From: Yuukianura sp. NJ FZ-2021 | Taxonomy: Eukaryota | Length of the DNA: 64,000 nucleotides | Direction of reading: 5' to 3' | NCBI GenBank assembly: GCA_046563655.1 | Contig: CM102290.1 | Span: 9,424,001 to 9,488,000 of the forward strand | Part shown: piece by piece, positions 39,901 through 64,000 of the stretch | Layout of the letters: every line of letters starts with the position of its first letter | Position numbering within the stretch: the first letter of the stretch is position 1 | Made by a program: the position numbers and the translations under genes | Notes under the pieces: model-generated | The model's database searches: none | Told to the model about the DNA's origin: nothing | What the model saw: only the letters and a program-made list of their open reading frames with translations

Positions 39901-42529
39901 ACCCGTTTTTAGACCAGAACCTAAAAAGTGGTTGGAAATCTACCGTCGATATGGAAAAGTTACTGAAAAACGTACAATTTGTATTGTACTTTTGTGTCAT
40001 CATCATTCAAAATGCTACAGTTTCACCAATGAGCTACTTCGCTCGTAATTTTAAGAAGCCAAGTAACTTTCCCTAGTTAATTAAAGGTAAACTGGAAGAC
40101 CATTGGATCTCCTCCTACCAATCATCGGAGCCAACTTTCTCTCCAACATGTAGTAGAGAAATGTCTAGAAAGAGTAACCTTTCACAAGAAAACTTTTGTT
40201 TGAAGCCTTCTAAGTTCTTTCCAAAATGAATTCCCAGAGGGATGGAAAATGAACTGCCTTCCGTTCCACGTTCCTCCCACCATTCAAGTTCACATTAAGA
40301 TCAAGAACGGCTGGAGAACTGCCTGGTGGTGGAGAAAACCCAGTTGAAGAGCACAAAAGAATTCCTCTTTCTTCTTGTGGACTTCTTAAGACAAAAAGTA
40401 AGAAATGACAAGAGAAAGTTGGCTAGGATTCAGCGGAATGACAAAGTGAAAGTTAACGCTTCCCAGCACACACCATGGCAACTTAAATCTCCAAATAAAT
40501 TCTTCATATTTTGTCCTTGGATAGTTTTTTTTTGTTCTCTTTCATTCAGAAACGAGGGCTTGCGCCATTGAATTTATTCCTAAATGTGCACCAGAGATTT
40601 CCTTTGATTAAATTCAACTGTTCTCAACATTGTCCCACAAAAAAATGCATAAATAAAAAATAAACATAACCTAGAACATACTGCGGTGTCCATTTTCAAA
40701 ATTTTTTGGGCGGGAAATTCAAAAATCCAAACAGTTCGAAACGACTGGAGAGATATGTCCCACCATGGTAGGATTTGCTAGTTTTACTGCTCCTTTAATA
40801 AAAAGCCTAACGGTACAAGTCTAAATAACAATAAGAGTAACAAGTTAAGTTTCTTAAGAGTTAAGAATCTTATCAAAACACAAAATGCAATAAGAAATTA
40901 AAAATGTCACAGAGAGGTTTTAGACTTGTGTAAGAATATTGGTATTCATATAAATTAAAAGAGGAAGAGAAACTAACTAAAATACTGTCAACTAAAAATG
41001 AAACAATTAAGCACTAATATTTAATAAAAGACGAGGGAAGTAAACTAATAAATGCTTTCTCCGAGTCAGTGCGCAGGACAGCCACAGTTTTAGCAGTGCT
41101 TTAAGTGTAACAACCATCGGCTAAAAGGCATTATCAAACACAATCAAAATGTTGTCATTGCTTCATTGAAATCAACCTTAACAATTAATTTACAAAAGGG
41201 AATCATTTCACAACATTTTCATAACCAATTCTTCTTGTTTTTAAAAATTGGCGCATAATTTGTCTGTCAATGCTTGTTTCAATTAAAAAATTGGTAACAT
41301 AAAATTAGGGAAATTCCTTTTTTAGCTTAATATTAAATTTAGAAAATCGTGAATTGGCATATTAATGACATCATTAGCACAATGTAATATACTCAAATTT
41401 AAAATTGGATACTCCTACACTTTCTTGTTAAGTTAAGTTTATGTCAATCATGCTCCCTACAAGGAACACGACGTTAACCTAGAAATAGCTTTGACTTCAA
41501 AACCTTACGTATGTTCAATCCCTTGTCTCCTTCAGGATTTTTTCCCAGCTTCCTATGAAAAGGAAATTTGAAAACTTATTGATTTTATGATTTTCTAAAA
41601 AAACAGCTCCAGGAAAGAAAAGCATGAAGTTGGCAAGAGATAGCAAGCGGGATTAAACGGAAATGAGTCCATAAGTAACAAAGGATTTTCATCTGCCTCA
41701 TTTTTACTTGAACAAACAAAAAATTTCCCCATCTACTACTTAAAAGTTAGAATCCCTAGTAATTCATTTCCGTTAATAAAAAAAATCGTTGTTGTTGAAA
41801 GTGTTCAACTTTTTCTAACAAGTTAAGGAAGTAAGTATAGCACCAAACATAACTTTTGAGACGTTTTGCTTGCACGTTCAATTGCATTGTATCATTGCTC
41901 GAGTGGATGATTGGGTTCGTTTGTTTGGTTTGGTGAAACCAATCTTCTCTCCGATACGGTTTGAGCTCAACTAGGCTAGTTTCCTGTTAGCGGTAGTGTT
42001 GGGCTTCGTAATTTGTTCCAAAATACAACTCAAGGGGAAGACAAACCCAGCAGCAACTTTCACTTGATGAAAAGGAGGATCCAGGACGGGAAGAGGCAAA
42101 AGAAGGGAATGGAGTGAGAAGCCAAAAACTTCCATTTTTCCCACGTATCCAAAGACGTATTTCGGACTACTAGAAATTCGGCGGATATCTACGAAGCTCC
42201 CAAACGTCTTGCCGGCACAAGGACTCACCTGGAGGGGAAGAGGGGTAAGGAGACAACGGGAGACTTTGCTGCGGCAGAGGAAAATCAATGAACATTTACA
42301 AGGGGCCTGTGTCTTTTTTTCTTGGGCTTCTCCATGGCTCGTAAGGACACCAACTCTATACTTTGTTCATCTCTTGTCATCGCAATCGAGCAACAAATCA
42401 ACTTTCTCTATTCGGCAGGATTTCTCCCTTTCTCTAAAACAACAAGAAAAAAACAATATAAACGCGATTTATTATTACATGGATTCTTGCAGTTGCCATG
42501 TAGTAGGAGCGGGGCCTTGATCCCGCACC

Positions 42530-52080
<9,551 letters not shown>

Positions 52081-54920
52081 TAGTTCCAGATTTGTTGCGA
52101 AGATTGGCTTGGCGAAAGGGGTTCCTTAGCCCCATGCACTCAAGCTCAGTGATACTTGTGTCCAGAAAAATCAGAAGAAATGCCTCCGATCACCACAGGG
52201 GACTGGAACGAAACGGCGACGGACTTCCAATACCAAATCCCAAACTCAAGATAGAAACTGTGGATCAAGAAACAAATAAGATTTTCTTAACTTTCCAACC
52301 CAAATTACGTAACTTTGTTTCTTGAAATTCAATTTTAAAGAACCTCAAGTCTCAAGTGAGAAAAACCGTGCCACCACTACATGCTTACTTAATAATCTCC
52401 CCGGTTCGCAATCCTAACTGGATAGATTCACACTTCTACTGACATTTACAGTTAAATGTGCAACTATTGTAAGAAATGTAATGTAACTTTACCAATATAA
52501 GTATGAGTAAACATTGGTCACGAAAAAAAAAGAGTCCTAACGTTAAAAACAGCGAAAAATCAATGGATAAACTTCAACCCGAATTCATTGGAGTGACTAA
52601 GCTCACCGTTAAGAATTTCTCACCAGCCGAACGGGAACGAAGCCTATCCCTAAATTATAGTCCAACACAATACATGCCCAATACCTCAACTTTCACTGCT
52701 GTCTTCATCCAAAGCTGTAATTCCTTTTCCGACAGTGCAATTTCCCAAGTTATTGATGTTGTAACACTTGCCGTGCCGATGGGGTTAGGGGTTACGAACC
52801 TCTTGAATGTAACAGTTTTTGACTTTAGTAGATTTGAGTCGTAAGCAAGGACAAGGAGTCGTATTTAGAACTCGTTTTCCTTCTTTGGTGGTGATATCGT
52901 TATGTTGACGTTCCAAAGTCCTTTGTTGGTGTGAAGCCTCCTTCCGTCAAGTGAGTATCGGTAATAAATAGATTATATTAGTGCTATGGAGGAACTAACG
53001 CGGTTTTGAGGGAAGTGGACAGTGGACAGAATAATTCTGGATAAGTTTGTTCATCATCCTCCTGCGTACCACTACGAACTGCCTAGACAAACCACGACCA
53101 ACTCGGGGCTAACTCAACACTGATCCTCCGCTTATTACGAGGCGACAAGTGAAACTTTACCCCGAACAGCTCAGCCGTTCGACTTTTAGGACCACACACA
53201 CAGAGCTTCCACCCGGAGGGACATCGGCCATTTCATGTCAACATAGGAAATCACTCGTGCTCAAAGAAGGAACGCACGCTAGCGCATGCCACTACTGCAC
53301 CCCTCAGTGTGTCGCCGCCCGCTAAATACGAGCCCAAAAATTAAACATTCAAACGGACAACTGAATGAACTGGCATGCAATGTATTAAATACTCGGTTTA
53401 CGGCTAACTACTCGATAGCTAAGCATTACATTTGTTTATCTATTACCCTAGGGTAAGCATTAAATGCCCGCTGGTATTAATGAAAATTTGATTTCGAAGG
53501 TGCATCGACTGAAAACTTTACGACATATTTCGTTGACTAATACACATGTACTAGACAATGTTGCTAGATAACAGCAATGAATATGTTTGCGTTATGAAAG
53601 TATTCGGGCCTTGACCTATTCTTTTGCTTTCATATTTTAACGTGGTTTTAAGTGGAACTTACGCTTTCCTTTTGGTTTGGCATGACGCATGAGGTGGGAA
53701 ATTTTTCCGTCAAAACATTCAAGGAATTCCAATGCGCCGCTCGTAGGATACACAAATGTGCTTAACAGTCTTTGATGACAGCTCATTTTGTCGATTCTTG
53801 AGAGTTATTAATTGGTCCAAGTTCACACTTCGATACCAACAATTCAAAAACAAAGTTCAATTGAAATCTTCCGTTTCTAAATGCATAATATAGATATACT
53901 AAGCTTAGTACAGTTTTATGAATGAATGTTGCTGGTGTTTGGCAATTCTCTTATGACACTTTTAAACAAGGAATACTTTTACATTCTCTGAAATTACTAC
54001 GTAAATTGTTTGACGATTATAAATTTGTCACTAGTTTTTCAATCAAACCGTTGTAAACTAAAGTTTAAAAAATATAACGCGGTTTCGGATGAGTCATTAA
54101 ATCAAATCAACAAGTAACGTGTAAAAGTCAAAAGAACTTAAGGCACATATTTCACAAAATAAGCTAGGCTAGCTCACCACCTTCTTTAAATTATTATCAT
54201 TTACAGTTCAGTTTACTTTATTTACTTGTTTCGATTAACTATTATAAATTTTGTACTTATAAATAATAATTATTTAACAAATAATTTATTAAATAATAAT
54301 AATAAATATTATAAATTTAAGTGTCACTCAATTTAAAAGGCTGCTCGGTTACCTTATAACGGATCTATAACGGAACAGTACGTGTACCGTCCTTCTCCGT
54401 CTGTCGAGGCAACTCTTCAGGAATGTGTTGAGAGTTATGACGTGGCGTTGTTGTCATGTATGTCAGAGACTGTATACCTCAAAGGCGGCTGATAATCCTT
54501 GAAGTGAGTGTTGGTTGTTGGGCTAAAAGGTGGATGTGATGGACAACCTCCGTAACCTTAACCAAAACAAGTCACACGGGGACTAAGTGGTTTTTGCAAA
54601 ATTCCTCAATTGCTTGAATTGGTTCATTTAGGCACCACCGACCAGTTTCCTTCTTCAACGCCACTCACTGCGCCTCCCTCTTCGTCCAATTGTTCCCGTC
54701 GTCGGGATCAATCTTGTCCTGTCATCGGTATCACCCCATCATCTGTTCAGTCAGAAGATCCCGTACCACTGCTCCTAAGTACTAGTACCGTTGTCCGCCT
54801 TCCTTCAGTAGCTCACTTTCAGCAATTATCGTCAATCAAGCCGTTCTCAACTTAGGCCAAGTCAACGTCAAGCCTCGCTTTGTTTTGGTAGTATTTTCAG
54901 TGCCTAGCAGCTTCTAAAAA

Positions 54921-61767
<6,847 letters not shown>

Positions 61768-62224
61768 GAGACTATGCGGAAGTACTTAATCTCGGTAATG
61801 TAACGAGAACGAACCTACTAGCATCAAGAATGTAATTTAATTTAGAATCAATTCATTCGTTCGGATCTGAAGATCTTAACAGTGATCTGACAACTCATCT
61901 CTCTAATCCCTTAGATGATATAGTAAGCTAGAGCAGTTTTTAGAAAAATGGAACAGGGAAGGACTGCTTTTTCAAAATTTAAAAAATTGAAGTTGAATCA
62001 CAAGGTATTCACGAGCCAATCTCAACTACGACAATTGTACTTCCAGTATTCCGGATGTAACACGTGATTCTGTAAACCTTAACACGCAAAGTGATGATTT
62101 CCACCGCGTAAAGTGATGTTAAAACATTTCGTATAACTTATACGACAGAGACTGCAGTGAAATGTGAACGTTCTTAAACGATTTTTTAGTTGAGTAAATT
62201 AATAAATAATATAAATGTAACATA

Positions 62225-62462
62225 CCGTAAAACTTCTGCTAATATACGTTCCGGCTTGTATTATTTCACATTAAAAATTTCACCGTTTAAAATTTTGAAA
62301 CCGAAAAATCAAGCAAATTGTCCAAATTTTGAACGTTTTAGGAGGATTTTTTCACAAATTAATTGTCCGATTGATCGTTCGTTTGAGAGCGGCCTTTATG
62401 TCAACTTTTCCGGTTTACGTCCGGCTTCTATTGGACACCGACTTTTATTAGAAGTTTTACGG
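62225..62462. mobile_element. Tc1/mariner-type MITE, 238 bp
   Basis: TIRs CCGTAAAACTTCT...AGAAGTTTTACGG (13 bp perfect), flanked by TA on both sides. Confidence 0.85.
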
Positions 62463-64000
62463 TAATCACAAATAGTAGATAGTTCTGACATGTTGCAGAA
62501 AGTTATTCAAAGTAAATGTTAAAGTTAGTGTATGTGGGCTATGTGCATGCTAAAATTGGAACTTGTGATTTGTAGTGTCAGCAGAAGAGTTTGTTTTTGG
62601 AATTTGATTTCTGAAATGTAAATCCAATCATTTTGAGTTGACAATTTTAAAAAGTTGCTTAATTTATTTAACGTTCTCCTCTAGTATACGTCTTTTTTTT
62701 TGTACCCTTCTCCAAATGTAGTATATTAAAACAAAAATGTGAAAATTGTAAAACCTAACCTTTCCCAAGGTGTGTCCTGTTTTCAGTTTCATTGAAATGA
62801 AAAGAAAGTCTGAGTACTAAACATTAGACATGGCATATCATTGGCCCATTTCCATCGTTTGGAACAATTTTCACTAAAAACATCAACGTAACACAAACCG
62901 ACTTCACTTGTTGCAGTTTTGACATGACCTACAGAAATTTTGGCAAAGAAAAACTTCAATATTGATACCTTATTCCCCGTGTTGCAGTTCAATTCAAACA
63001 TTCAAACTCCCTTTTTGTTAAAAACCAGTTTTATTTTTTCAATGATTCATTTTTGAAAGCATTTTTGATTTTTTTTGTTTCCCATCATACAATACTACAG
63101 CGAAAGAGGCGTATGACACTCCTTTTTGAGGAAAACTTTCTTCATTATGCAGTCATGATTTTTAGAAAAAAATCTTTTTCGTATTTGAAGTTAACTATAT
63201 TAAAAAAAAAGTTGATATGAATTACAACAGAAGTTGAACATTGAATGCACAAATGTCTTACACAAATATTCTGTTAATTCTTTCTTTTTTTTGCGAAACG
63301 CTTCATTTTGTGATGTTTCGTTTTTGAGTTTGTTTATTAAACTTCTGATTTTGTGCAACTAAAGCTGAAAGTATAATTGAAAACCTACAATTGGGAACTT
63401 CAAGTGAAGATGAAACTTGGACTATTGAGGTTCATTTGTATGATGGTGACCTCGTGACCCAGTGAAGAAACCGGTAGAACAAGCCGGGGTACTTTGTGTG
63501 GATCTGCATCTATGTTTTTCCCCTATGTTAAGTCAATTACTAAATAACTACCGAATAAATTCAGACTTTGAACGAATGTTGAAGTGAAACGTCTTGGCCT
63601 GTATCACTTTATGGTTCCTAAAGTAGTTACTCCCACTAATAATACAACTTACCCAAACTCACCAGTCTCACACCTCGTTTCCTTTTCCTTTTATTTTCAT
63701 TTTGTCTTCCTCACTCACTATCACTACCAAGGAGGCACTGGCAACAAATACTAACGCCAATTACACTTTTTAAAAGTTTAAAACTAAAAAATTTCCTAAG
63801 TTTGTTAGATATTTTGAAGAAAGTGGAGACTAGTCAAAGCGAAAACGGAAATCTTGGCTATATCACTTGGGATTTGGGAATGAAAGTGATTTGAAATTAT
63901 ACTTTCCAAAGTGCTTTTCCTCAAGGAATGTAAGGATAATTCGGATCCGCAACTTTCATATCAGTCCAAACCTTCACCACCACAATCCGTCGTATTTGAA

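Overview
This is intron-rich, AT-rich eukaryotic DNA, most likely from an arthropod with a compact genome. That is inferred from mostly 50-100 nt GT-AG introns, TTAGG tracts, and Gprk2, kismet and Loxl2-type proteins; the species cannot be named from sequence alone. Splicing the exons by hand gives 11 apparently intact genes: Plexin (5' part, runs off the left edge and is missing from the ORF track), DEPDC5/Iml1, ERK/rolled, eEFSec, an atypical syntaxin-6-like gene, TMEM86, EEIG1/FAM102, HIGD2, a two-SRCR lysyl oxidase, a GRK4/5/6-type kinase and STIM. There is also an intron-containing, frameshifted kismet/CHD7 fragment and a diverse set of non-autonomous DNA elements (hAT, Tc1/mariner-type, Harbinger-like, DINE-1/Helentron-like with a 59-bp array, and tandem TTAA-bounded palindromic elements). 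The most notable observations are: (1) the same inverted CAWAGCTCGGCACTT-bounded element sits inside two separate head-to-head promoters; (2) the syntaxin-6-like protein has lost about half its SNARE motif and the zero-layer Gln; (3) the kismet fragment looks transposon-captured; (4) two tandem elements have palindrome arms homogenised within each copy. All gene names come from recognising motifs, not from database searches.
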